NCBI GenBank assembly: GCA_026984935.1
Contig: JALSRD010000006.1
Span: forward strand, 9,410 to 73,409
Length of the DNA stretch: 64,000 bases
Source of the DNA: Desulfobacterales bacterium
GTDB taxonomy: Bacteria > Desulfobacterota > Desulfobacteria > Desulfobacterales > JALSRD01
Reading direction: 5' to 3'
The notes beneath the pieces are model-generated. The model searched no databases, was not told the DNA's origin, and saw only the letters and a list, made by a program, of their open reading frames with translations. How positions within the stretch are numbered: position 1 is the first letter of the stretch; the number at the start of each line of letters is the position of its first letter. Of this stretch, positions 49,905 to 59,756 are shown piece by piece. The position numbers were made by a program, and so were the translations under genes.

Positions 49905-50114
49905 TCACTCTGTTTGGGTTTCCACTTCGATTGCAAGATCGGGGCAGCGCAGCTCACACTGCAGGCAGCAGATACAATCCTGGGCTCTTGCCACGGTCAC
50001 CTTGTCCTCGGAATCGAGTTCAAGGACATTGGTGGGGCAAAAGTGGACGCAGATGCCGCAGCCCTTGCACCACTCGCGAATGATATGGTGTGCTTTCAGT
50101 TTTGGTTTGGCCAT
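49905..50114 (-). CDS. korD: 2x[4Fe-4S] ferredoxin, oxidoreductase delta subunit
   Basis: CKGCGICVHFCP and CICCLQCELRCPDLAI. Confidence 0.92.
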   Translation of the reverse strand: MAKPKLKAHHIIREWCKGCGICVHFCPTNVLELDSEDKVTVARAQDCICCLQCELRCPDLAIEVETQTE

Positions 50115-50233
50115 GCAATCTTCCTCCCAACATCCGGGGTATCATGCATTCAGGCTTTATTGGCTTTGATATTGAAAGTCAAGGGAATTCGGGGACCTTG
50201 CTTTGGAACATCCCCCGGCGGATCGGCCGGGCT

Positions 50234-50262
50234 TTGACAAGCCGCCGGGGCTCTGGCATAGT
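50234..50262 (+). promoter_or_regulatory. Sigma70 promoter for mltG
   Basis: TTGACA-N17-CATAGT with extended -10 TGn. Confidence 0.55.
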
Positions 50263-50296
50263 CGGGTGCAGGCGGCTGTACCCGCCTGGGGAAGCG

Positions 50297-51316
50297 ATGA
50301 GCGGAGGACATGTGAAAAAAGGCTGGCCGGTTCTGTTGTTGGCGCTTGCCGTGCTCCTGGGGCTCGGCGTTTACCTCAAGGTCCAGGTGCATGCCTTTCT
50401 GGCACGCCCCTGCGGCAGGCGGAATGTGGAAAAAGTGGTTGATGTCAAGCCGGGCCAGAGCCTGCGGGCCCTGCTGGACGCCCTGCACGCCGACGGTATC
50501 GTCGACAGTCCGTTCCGTTTACGCCTGCTGGCGCGCATCGCCGGCTACGACCGCCGCATCCAGGCCGGTGAGTACCGCCTGTCGGCGGCCATGCGGCCCC
50601 GGGAGCTGCTCGATACCCTGGCCCGCGGGAAAGTGCTGCGCCACAAACTGACCATTCCCGAGGGCTACACGCAATACCAGATTGCGCGGGCCTTTGAAAA
50701 GAGCGGGATCGGATCGGCCGCGGCATTTCTGAAAGCCGCCGCGGACAAGGCGCTATTGAAACGTTTGGGCATCGATGCCCCCACAGCGGAAGGCTACCTG
50801 TTTCCGGACACTTATTTTTTTGAAAAGGGAGTTGCACCGCGAACGGCCGTTGAAACCATGATCGCGCGTTTCTGGGAAACTTTCGATACCCGCTGGAGGG
50901 CGCGCGCCGGAGCCATGGGACTCGGGGTGCACCAGGTGGTCATCCTGGCGTCGATGATCGAGAAGGAAACCGCCGACCCCGACGAACGGCCGCTGATCGC
51001 ATCGGTTTTTTACAACCGGATGAAACGGCACATGCGCCTGGAGAGCGACCCCACGGTCATCTACGGCATCCGGGATTTTAACGGCAACCTGACGCGCAAG
51101 GACCTGGACACCCCCACGCCTTACAATACCTACCGCCGCAGGGGGCTGCCGGCCGGGCCCATCGCCAACCCGGGGGCGGCGGCTCTAAAGGCCGCCTTGT
51201 ACCCGGCTGACACGCGCTTTTTGTACTTTGTCGCCAGGCGCGACGGTACCCACCAGTTTTCCGCCAGCCTGGAGGCCCACCGACGGGCGGTCAGGAAGTA
51301 CCAGCGGCGGCGTTAG
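50297..51316 (+). CDS. mltG: Endolytic transglycosylase MltG (YceG family)
   Basis: N-terminal TM, TIPEG, EGYLFPDTY, LASMIEKE, LESDPTV, YNTY, GPIANPG, LYFV; start 50297 or 50312. Confidence 0.95.
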   Translation: MSGGHVKKGWPVLLLALAVLLGLGVYLKVQVHAFLARPCGRRNVEKVVDVKPGQSLRALLDALHADGIVDSPFRLRLLARIAGYDRRIQAGEYRLSAAMRPRELLDTLARGKVLRHKLTIPEGYTQYQIARAFEKSGIGSAAAFLKAAADKALLKRLGIDAPTAEGYLFPDTYFFEKGVAPRTAVETMIARFWETFDTRWRARAGAMGLGVHQVVILASMIEKETADPDERPLIASVFYNRMKRHMRLESDPTVIYGIRDFNGNLTRKDLDTPTPYNTYRRRGLPAGPIANPGAAALKAALYPADTRFLYFVARRDGTHQFSASLEAHRRAVRKYQRRR

Positions 51317-51348
51317 GGCCTGCCGCTGCATTGGGCGTGAACCGCAGA

Positions 51349-51852
51349 TCAGGTTTTCTTTTTGTGCTTTTTGCGGCGCAGCTTCTGCTTGATTTCCAGC
51401 TGGTATTTGCTGACAGCCTGATAGGAAAAAAAATAGCCGGCAATGGCCAGGGGCAGGCCCAGAACGACACCGCCCACAATCATCATGGTCAGCACGTGGG
51501 GTGTTCTCTGAAGCAGCGCCCAGAGCGTAGAAGTGTCAAGGTAAGGCGGGGGCGTATTTATTTTGGAAAAGCCGCAGATTTTGGCGCCGGTAAGGTAGGT
51601 GATGCTGTAGAGCACCGGCGCCGTCAGGGGGTTGGAAATCCAGACGGCGGCGGCGGCTGAAATCTTGTTGGCCTTAAAGAGCGTGGCAAAAAAGACGGCG
51701 ATCAGCATCTGAAACCCCATGAAAGGTGTCATTCCCACAAAGAGCCCCAGAGCGAAACCCAGCGCAATTTCACGTGGGTGGCCGTGGATTTTGAGAAAGC
51801 GTTCGTAGGCGTCTTTCAGCGATTTGGGCCGTTCGAAACGGGGGAGCGCCAT
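51349..51852 (-). CDS. DUF2062-family membrane protein
   Basis: PREIALGFALGLFVGMTP, WISNPLT; hydrophobic. Confidence 0.85.
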   Translation of the reverse strand: MALPRFERPKSLKDAYERFLKIHGHPREIALGFALGLFVGMTPFMGFQMLIAVFFATLFKANKISAAAAVWISNPLTAPVLYSITYLTGAKICGFSKINTPPPYLDTSTLWALLQRTPHVLTMMIVGGVVLGLPLAIAGYFFSYQAVSKYQLEIKQKLRRKKHKKKT

Positions 51853-52048
51853 ACGGTTCTTACCATGCTGGCAGTTCGTAGCTGCACAATACGTAAAAGC
51901 GCATCGCGGCGGGGCAACCGCACGCGGCATGCGCCGGATCCGGGATCAATTGCACACAAAACGCTTCTATTAGCAGATTGGCGTAAATTTTCAACCGTGG
52001 AATAAGGCCGGCCGCCATTGGGCAGAGTATTGCCCTGCAGAAACAAGG

Positions 52049-52993
52049 TCATGCATCCGGCGGCTGGGCTTGGCGGTCGATTTCAGCCAGCAGGGCGGTG
52101 ATGCGGCCGCGGGCCTTCAGGTCTGCAAGCCAGTCACCGGGAATGGCCGCCGGGCCCAGGTAGGCCCCCAGCACCATGCCGGTCATCAGCCCCCGCGCCG
52201 ACGAATCCCCCCCGGCCATGACGTTTTCAATCAGGGCTGCGCGCAGATCATTTTCGTACTTGGCAATCAGGTGGATGGTGGCTGGAAAAGAGGCCTCGAT
52301 TTCACACATCTGGCCGAATTCGATGATGGTTTTGCGCGTGTCGTCGGCAATGCTGTCCAGCCCCTGATTGACCCATTCCGCTATCGGCGCATTTTCGTAA
52401 GGCCGTCCGGCAGCCGTCCGGATCGCCGCCACCGGCGATTCGCCGCCGAGGACCGATATCGCGACGTGCGCGAAAAACAGCGCACTGGCAATGGTGACGG
52501 GGTGGTTGTGGGTCATGATCGTCTGGCGGCGGGCGGCGTCCAGAAAACGGTCCGGGTCGTTGCGGTAAAGGTAGCCCAAAGGGGCGATACGGGCCGCACC
52601 GCCCAGGTCCGTGGCACCGGTTTCCTCCGAATCGGCACCGGCTTCCAGGGGAGCTTTGCCGGCGGCGAAGTTTTCCAGTGTGGCGGTGGTGGATTTGTCG
52701 ATGTAGCCGTCGTAGTCTTTGAAAAAACGGCGCCAGGCGGCGGCGAAATCATCAATGTCGAATTGCCCCCTGCGAGCCACAGATTCCAACAGCACCAGCG
52801 TCTGATCGCCGTAATGGGTGAATTCACCGCGCTCCTTTGTCGGATGCCAGGATTTGACGATGGGTTTGAGCAGCTTTTCCACGCGGCCGACCTTGCGGTC
52901 GATGACATTGGTGTTGTATATCCAGTGCGCCCCCAGGGCCAGCGAATCGGCGGCAAAAGATGCCATAACCATTGCCTGCGCATTGTCTTTCAT
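52049..52993 (-). CDS. ADP-ribosylglycohydrolase-fold protein, SelJ/J1-crystallin-like subfamily
   Basis: ADSLALGAHWIY, THYGDQ, TH, GGDSSARG, IPGDW; ATG after AAGGAGG. Confidence 0.82.
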   Translation of the reverse strand: MKDNAQAMVMASFAADSLALGAHWIYNTNVIDRKVGRVEKLLKPIVKSWHPTKERGEFTHYGDQTLVLLESVARRGQFDIDDFAAAWRRFFKDYDGYIDKSTTATLENFAAGKAPLEAGADSEETGATDLGGAARIAPLGYLYRNDPDRFLDAARRQTIMTHNHPVTIASALFFAHVAISVLGGESPVAAIRTAAGRPYENAPIAEWVNQGLDSIADDTRKTIIEFGQMCEIEASFPATIHLIAKYENDLRAALIENVMAGGDSSARGLMTGMVLGAYLGPAAIPGDWLADLKARGRITALLAEIDRQAQPPDA

Positions 52994-53248
52994 TGCAGCC
53001 TCCTTGACGGTTTCAGAGTAAAAAACCGGAACGTCCGGTCGTGGCGAAAAGCATACCATGCAATGTAATACCGATGTTTTTGCATGGCAAGCACGATTCC
53101 GAAGCGGCGCGTATGGCGCCATCTCCTCTGGACACAGCGGCGGGCGGGGTGGTAGAGAATTGTCGACTGCAGTCAGGATCATCGCACGGTGTAGCGTGTG
53201 TCAGGTTGCAAAGAGCGCCCAAATCCTGCAGAAAAGGAGGAAAAGGCC

Positions 53249-53656
53249 ATGCGTGTATTGTTCTGGTACTGCAACCGGTTTGCCTGGAAGCCCACCCTTC
53301 AGACCCTGGAAGATGCGCCCGTGGCCCGTGCGGCGGTATATGAAAAGGTGGTGGTGGCATTTGTCCACGTTGAACCGGGTGACACGCAAAAGGGGAGTGC
53401 CGCCGAAACCAAACTGGTCAAAAACGCCAAGTGGCTGGCCCGCAAGTGGGGCATCCGCCAGGTGGTGCTGCACTCTTTTTCACACCTGGCCACAGAAAAA
53501 GCCGATCCGGCCGCAGCCAGAAACCTCATCGAAAACGCCTGTGCGAGGCTTGCGCAGGCCGGCTATGAAACCGTGCAGACACCGTACGGTTTTTTCAATG
53601 ACCTGGAAATCAAGGCTCCCGGGCAGCCGCTGGCGAGGATTTTTAAAAAGTTTTAA
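53249..53656 (+). CDS. Stand-alone archaeal-type threonyl-tRNA synthetase editing domain protein
   Basis: MRVL, VAFVHVE, HSFSHL, TPYGFF, GQPLAR match the archaeal ThrRS N-terminal (DTD-like) domain; AAGGAGG RBS. Confidence 0.85.
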   Translation: MRVLFWYCNRFAWKPTLQTLEDAPVARAAVYEKVVVAFVHVEPGDTQKGSAAETKLVKNAKWLARKWGIRQVVLHSFSHLATEKADPAAARNLIENACARLAQAGYETVQTPYGFFNDLEIKAPGQPLARIFKKF

Positions 53657-53764
53657 CCCGGCACCATCCTGTGCGGCCGGCGTTTTGAATGCAATTGGCC
53701 TGCGCATGCACAGCCGGGATTTCATGCGGACCGGCTGTGCCGTCGGCCCATGTGCGCCCGGGCA

Positions 53765-54700
53765 TCAAAGAAAGACGCCGAAATGATCCCGCAGGCGATC
53801 CTCGAATGCCTCGATAGAGAAACGGTGTTCCTGGGTGCCGGTCTCTTCCACGGCAAAGCTGGCGCAGCAGGCGCCCATGCAGGCGGACTCGAGCAGGGAT
53901 TTTTCCCGGGCAAGACCGGCCAGCAGGCCGGCGCGGTAGGCATCGCCGGCGCCGGTGGGGTCGGCCACGCGGCGCGGTTTCCCGGTGCCGATGGTATGCA
54001 CCCCGCTTCCGCTGTGCAGCACCGAACCGTCTTGGCCGCGGGTGATAATGAGGGCGGTCGTGCGCTGCAGCAGCGCATCTTCGTCGAGACCGGTTTTTTG
54101 CTGGATCATCCCGAGTTCATAGGCGTTGCAGATCAGCAGCCGCGCACCGTCGGTCAGCTCCCTCAGATGCCCGGCGCTGAGAATCGGAATGGCCTGGCCG
54201 GGATCGAAGATATGGGCAATGGCGTGTTTTTTGTAGTAGCGGCTGCAGGCCAGCATGTCGTCCAGGTTGCCCGGCGAGACGATGGCCAGGGTATCTGCAT
54301 CCGGGGGGGGCGCGAAGGCACATCCGGCGGCAACCTGCATGGCGCCCGCGTTGAAGGCCGTGATCTGGTTGTTGTTGCGGTCGGTGACGATGTAGGCACA
54401 GGCGGTGGGTTCTTCCGGCACCTGGCGGATGCCTTCCAGCGGCAGGCCGAGATCGTCCAGCCGCCGGCGGTAACGCTCGAAATCGGTGCCCGCGGACGCC
54501 ACGATCAGGGGCTTTCTGCCCAGCAGCGCCAGGTTGTAGGCGATGTTTCCGGCGGTCCCGCCGAAGCGTTCGCGCACACCCTTGACGGGAAAGCTGACGT
54601 TGAGCATGTGCAGCTTGTCCGGCAGGATATGGTCTTCGAACTTTCCCTCAAATTCCATGATGCGGTCGTAGGCCAGCGATCCGGACACGATCAGACGCAT
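53765..54700 (-). CDS. PfkB-family carbohydrate/nucleoside (adenosine) kinase
   Basis: GSLAYDRIM, FGGTAGNIAY, FDPGQ, DPTGAGDAYRAG. Confidence 0.9.
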   Translation of the reverse strand: MRLIVSGSLAYDRIMEFEGKFEDHILPDKLHMLNVSFPVKGVRERFGGTAGNIAYNLALLGRKPLIVASAGTDFERYRRRLDDLGLPLEGIRQVPEEPTACAYIVTDRNNNQITAFNAGAMQVAAGCAFAPPPDADTLAIVSPGNLDDMLACSRYYKKHAIAHIFDPGQAIPILSAGHLRELTDGARLLICNAYELGMIQQKTGLDEDALLQRTTALIITRGQDGSVLHSGSGVHTIGTGKPRRVADPTGAGDAYRAGLLAGLAREKSLLESACMGACCASFAVEETGTQEHRFSIEAFEDRLRDHFGVFL

Positions 54701-54889
54701 TTTTTTGCTCCTTGCAGGCTACGGTGGGAAAAATCACTCTGGCATGTATACCATTTGCTCATTTTTAGCAATATATGGTGGTGACGAACCTGGTGTCAGT
54801 GTATTGACTCGGCGATGGCGGATGCCAATGTACGTACGGCTTGCGGCATGTGCTCCGGCCATAGATCCGGGTCCATGGGGAATCTGCAA

Positions 54890-55537
54890 ATGAACATCGG
54901 ACGATTCATCAGAACTTTGCAGCGGCACCGGGCCGGCTGGCAGGCGCCGGTGGTGACGCTGGTCGCCAAACGGGGTGCTGCGCCTTTCGAGATTCTGGTC
55001 TCCACGCTGCTGTCGCTGCGCACCAAGGACGAGGTCACCGCCGTGGCCACCCAGCGCCTGCTGGCGGCGGCGCGCACGCCGCCGGCGATGCTGGCGCTGA
55101 CGCAGGCAGACATCCGGCAGTGCATTCACCCGGTGGGGTTCGCGCCCACCAAGGCCCGGCGGCTGCACGAGATCAGCCGCATGCTGCTGGAAAAACATGA
55201 CGGCCAGGTGCCGGACAATCTTGCACAGCTGCTCGAACTGCCGGGTGTGGGGCGCAAGACCGCCAACCTGGTGCTGTCCGAAGCCTTTGGGCAGGACGCG
55301 GTCTGCGTGGACACGCACGTGCACCGCATCAGCAACCGCATCGGCTATGTGCGCACGCGCACGCCCGAAGCCACTGAATTTGCGCTACGCGAAAAACTGC
55401 CGCGGCGCTACTGGCGAGCCTACAATCCGTTGCTGGTGGCCTTTGGCCAGGTCATCTGCCGGCCGATTTCGCCCTTTTGCAGCCGCTGCCCGGTGGTGGG
55501 CATGTGCCCGCGCGTGGGCGTGGGCAAATCGCGCTGA
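54890..55537 (+). CDS. nth: Endonuclease III
   Basis: HhH LPGVGRKTANL, VDTHVHR, FCL motif CRPISPFCSRCPVVGMC. Confidence 0.93.
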   Translation: MNIGRFIRTLQRHRAGWQAPVVTLVAKRGAAPFEILVSTLLSLRTKDEVTAVATQRLLAAARTPPAMLALTQADIRQCIHPVGFAPTKARRLHEISRMLLEKHDGQVPDNLAQLLELPGVGRKTANLVLSEAFGQDAVCVDTHVHRISNRIGYVRTRTPEATEFALREKLPRRYWRAYNPLLVAFGQVICRPISPFCSRCPVVGMCPRVGVGKSR

Positions 55538-55551
55538 GCACCGCGGGCAGG

Positions 55552-57081
<1,530 letters not shown>

Positions 57082-57339
57082 AGACGTTTAGCAGAATACA
57101 CATCGTGTGTGAAAAAGTTATATGCCCGAAACCGGACCGTTAAAGAAGCCTTTGGGAACATAGGCCGACTTTTCCCCTAAACTATACATTTTTGTAGGAA
57201 ATGGCAACGAAAAAGTGGTGGGCCTGCAGAAACCCGCGTTTTTTTGCGAAGTTTCGTGAACGCGTGCGCGGTCTCTTCTCGATAGGTAACGGGCCCTCCA
57301 TCTACGGACGACAAGATACCGCCCGGTTGGTGCGAAAGT

Positions 57340-58350
57340 CTATCCGGGTTTGAAATGATTCCAGCCGCTGGGGGTAAGCGGGGTGCGGCGGCCACCGGCG
57401 CTTTCGATTTCCAGTTTGCCGCTGTCCGTGATCTGGCCGATGACGTGCAGGGGGTTGCCGAACTGTTCGCTGAAGCCCTGCTCGACGGCCTGAAAATGGG
57501 TCGGTTCCACCGTAAACAGGAGGGTGTAATCCTCTCCGCCGGCCAAGGCGTACTCCAGCGCGTCATAGCCGAAATGGTTGCAGAAACGGTGCAGGTCTTT
57601 TGAAAGCGGTATGCGATCGGCGTGCAGGCAGGCGCCCACACGGCTGGAGCGCGCAATTTGCCACAAGTCGGCGCTCAAGCCGTCACTGACGTCGATGGCG
57701 GCGCTGACGGCGCCGCTGCAGGCCAGGAAGCGGCCCTCCGCAAGGCAGGGCCTTGGCAGCACGTGCGCCTGGAAAAGATTTCTAAAGGCAGGCGTTTCGG
57801 GCGTGATGTGGTTTAAAATCAGATGCAATCCGGCCCGACTGTCTCCCAGAAAGCCGCTTACGCAGATATGGTCACCCGGACGGGCACCGTCGCGGCAGAG
57901 CATCTGAGCGGCGGGCACCGACCCGGTGACGGTGATGCTGATGGCGAGATCGCTTTTGGATGCGGTGGTGTCACCGCCCAGGATGTTGACGCCATATTCG
58001 CCGGCCAGTGACTGCATGCCCCGATAAAAATCTTCCAGGTAAGCGAGGCTGCAGCTTTCGGGGACGGCAATACCCACAAAGGCCTGGCGGGCGGTACCAC
58101 CCATGGCGGCGATGTCGCTCAGGTTGACGGCCAGCGCCTTGTGTCCCAGGTTGAAACCACTGGTGGCGGCCTTGAGAAAGTGCACACGCTCCACCAGCAG
58201 GTCCGTTGTCACCAGGACCAGCTCCCCGACCGCCGGTTCGTAGGCGGCGGCATCATCGCCGATGGCCCTGATCACGGATTGCGGCCGAATCAAGCAGCCT
58301 TGTCGGATCCTGTCGATGAAACCAAACTCACCGATGTCTGCCAGCGTCAT
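57340..58350 (-). CDS. thiL: Thiamine-monophosphate kinase
   Basis: GEFGFI, IGDDAA, VNLSDIAAMG, GGDT, DVSDGL, GGEDY, GWNHF. Confidence 0.95.
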   Translation of the reverse strand: MTLADIGEFGFIDRIRQGCLIRPQSVIRAIGDDAAAYEPAVGELVLVTTDLLVERVHFLKAATSGFNLGHKALAVNLSDIAAMGGTARQAFVGIAVPESCSLAYLEDFYRGMQSLAGEYGVNILGGDTTASKSDLAISITVTGSVPAAQMLCRDGARPGDHICVSGFLGDSRAGLHLILNHITPETPAFRNLFQAHVLPRPCLAEGRFLACSGAVSAAIDVSDGLSADLWQIARSSRVGACLHADRIPLSKDLHRFCNHFGYDALEYALAGGEDYTLLFTVEPTHFQAVEQGFSEQFGNPLHVIGQITDSGKLEIESAGGRRTPLTPSGWNHFKPG

Positions 58351-58667
58351 GGGTGCATCTCCCCGGCCCGGCGGATGGTTTTCCGGAGGTCCGCGGCGGC
58401 CTTCCGGGAATCGTCTGCCGCCGCGATGGCGGACACCACGGCCAGGGCCACATCCAGACGGTCGTTGATGATCAGCGGCACCCGGTGCGCTTTCAAAAAT
58501 GCCTGGATGGATCGGGCTTCGGCGACGAATTCACGGGTGCCGGCCGTCTTTTCACGCAATTGCACACAGCTGACACCGCCGGGCACGGCCGCTTGAACGC
58601 TTTCCAGGGTGGACCGGCCGCGGTCGGTCACCAGGTAGCGTGAGTAATCGATGGAAACGGATTGCAT
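58347..58667 (-). pseudogene. thiE: Thiamine-phosphate synthase with large in-frame internal deletion
   Basis: YLVTD, VQLREK, IINDRLDVALAV joined directly to C-terminal AVVSAI; 106 aa, about half of ThiE, missing GVHxGQ, S-H and GGI motifs. Confidence 0.85.
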
Positions 58668-58712
58668 ATCGTGCTGTCCGGCAACAGCCTGCCTGAGTTT
58701 GGGAGGATGCGC

Positions 58713-59525
58713 CTATGTTTCGATTGGCGCGATTTGGGCGCCGGCTTCCAGTTCCTGCGGCGTCAGGCTGTAGAGCGCATCGAGCAGGGCAACCTGGAAG
58801 CTGCCCGGCGCGGCCGCTTTATAGGCGGCTTTCTGGCCGGCCAGGCCGAAAAAAGCCAATGCCGTGGCTGTGGCGGCGACGGGATCGTCGTCCACCGCCA
58901 AAAAGGCTCCTACAACAGCCGAGGCGGTACAGCCGGTACCGGTGACACGGGCCATGAGGGCACAGCCGTTGGCCACCCGCAGGGTCTGGGCACCGTCGGT
59001 CACCAGGTCCACCGGTCCGGTGACGGCCAGTGTCACGCCCAACCGGCGCGCCAGGATGCCGGCTGTGTCGACGGCTTCCTCCACCGCGTGTCGGCTGTCC
59101 ACACCTCTGGCCCCGGACGAGCCACTGCGCAGCGCCAGGATTTCGGAAGCATTGCCGCGGACCACCCGGATGTCCAGAGTGTCGAGGAGTTTTCTGGCGG
59201 AAGCGGTGCGAAAGGCCGTGGCACCGACGCCCACCGGATCGAGCACCACCGGTGTATTCAGCGCGTTGGCCCTTCTGCCAGCGGCAATCATGGCGGCCAC
59301 CCAGTCCTCATTCAAAGTGCCGATGTTCAATACCAGGGCACCGGCCAGGGCGACCATTTCTTCAACCTCTTTTTCACAATGCGCCATCACCGGTGCAGCC
59401 CCCATGGCCAGCAAGGCATTGGCCGTGGTGTTCATGACCACAAAATTGGTGATATTGTGGATGAGCGGGTTTTTTTCTTTCACGGCCACCAGGTTGCGGG
59501 CGGCTCTGGCACCCATATTCGGCAT
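58713..59525 (-). CDS. thiM: Hydroxyethylthiazole kinase
   Basis: PLIHNITNFV, LNIGTL, LDPVG, RGNASEI, VTGTGC, PGSF; ATG after GGAGG. Confidence 0.95.
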   Translation of the reverse strand: MPNMGARAARNLVAVKEKNPLIHNITNFVVMNTTANALLAMGAAPVMAHCEKEVEEMVALAGALVLNIGTLNEDWVAAMIAAGRRANALNTPVVLDPVGVGATAFRTASARKLLDTLDIRVVRGNASEILALRSGSSGARGVDSRHAVEEAVDTAGILARRLGVTLAVTGPVDLVTDGAQTLRVANGCALMARVTGTGCTASAVVGAFLAVDDDPVAATATALAFFGLAGQKAAYKAAAPGSFQVALLDALYSLTPQELEAGAQIAPIET

Positions 59526-59544
59526 GCTTCCTCCCCCTTTGCAA

Positions 59545-59577
59545 TCAAAAGGCCGTTTCCCCAGGGGAAGCGGCCTT
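59545..59577 (-). terminator. Intrinsic terminator forming the riboswitch expression platform
   Basis: Minus strand AAGGCCGCTTCC-CCTGG-GGAAACGGCCTT then TTGA; its 5' arm (TTCCCCTG) can alternatively pair with aptamer 3' strand CAGGGAGAA. Confidence 0.7.
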
Positions 59578-59600
59578 GGCAATCACGCACGGTACTTGCT

Positions 59601-59680
59601 CGTTTTCTCCCTGCGCCGGCATTATCCGGATCAGGTTCGACGGGTATGCTCTCAGGCTGACAGGCCACCCCAGGAAACGT
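59601..59680 (-). ncRNA. TPP (THI-box) riboswitch
   Basis: Minus strand GGGGTG...CTGAGA...ACCCGTCGAACCTGATCCGGATAATGCCGGCGCAGGGA upstream of thiM. Confidence 0.95.
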
Positions 59681-59756
59681 ATGCATTGTTTGTGAGAGCA
59701 CTACAACACGGTGGGCCGCTTTCTGTCAAGCTTAAAGATTCCCGCTGTCGGACCGA

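Noticed and set aside
54739-54758. TGGCAT...TTGC sigma54-like site upstream of nth
   Set aside because: GG-to-GC spacing is longer than the required 10 nt.
59700-59729. Promoter for the TPP riboswitch leader
   Set aside because: Minus-strand TTGACA is present but I could not place a convincing -10 at 16-18 bp.
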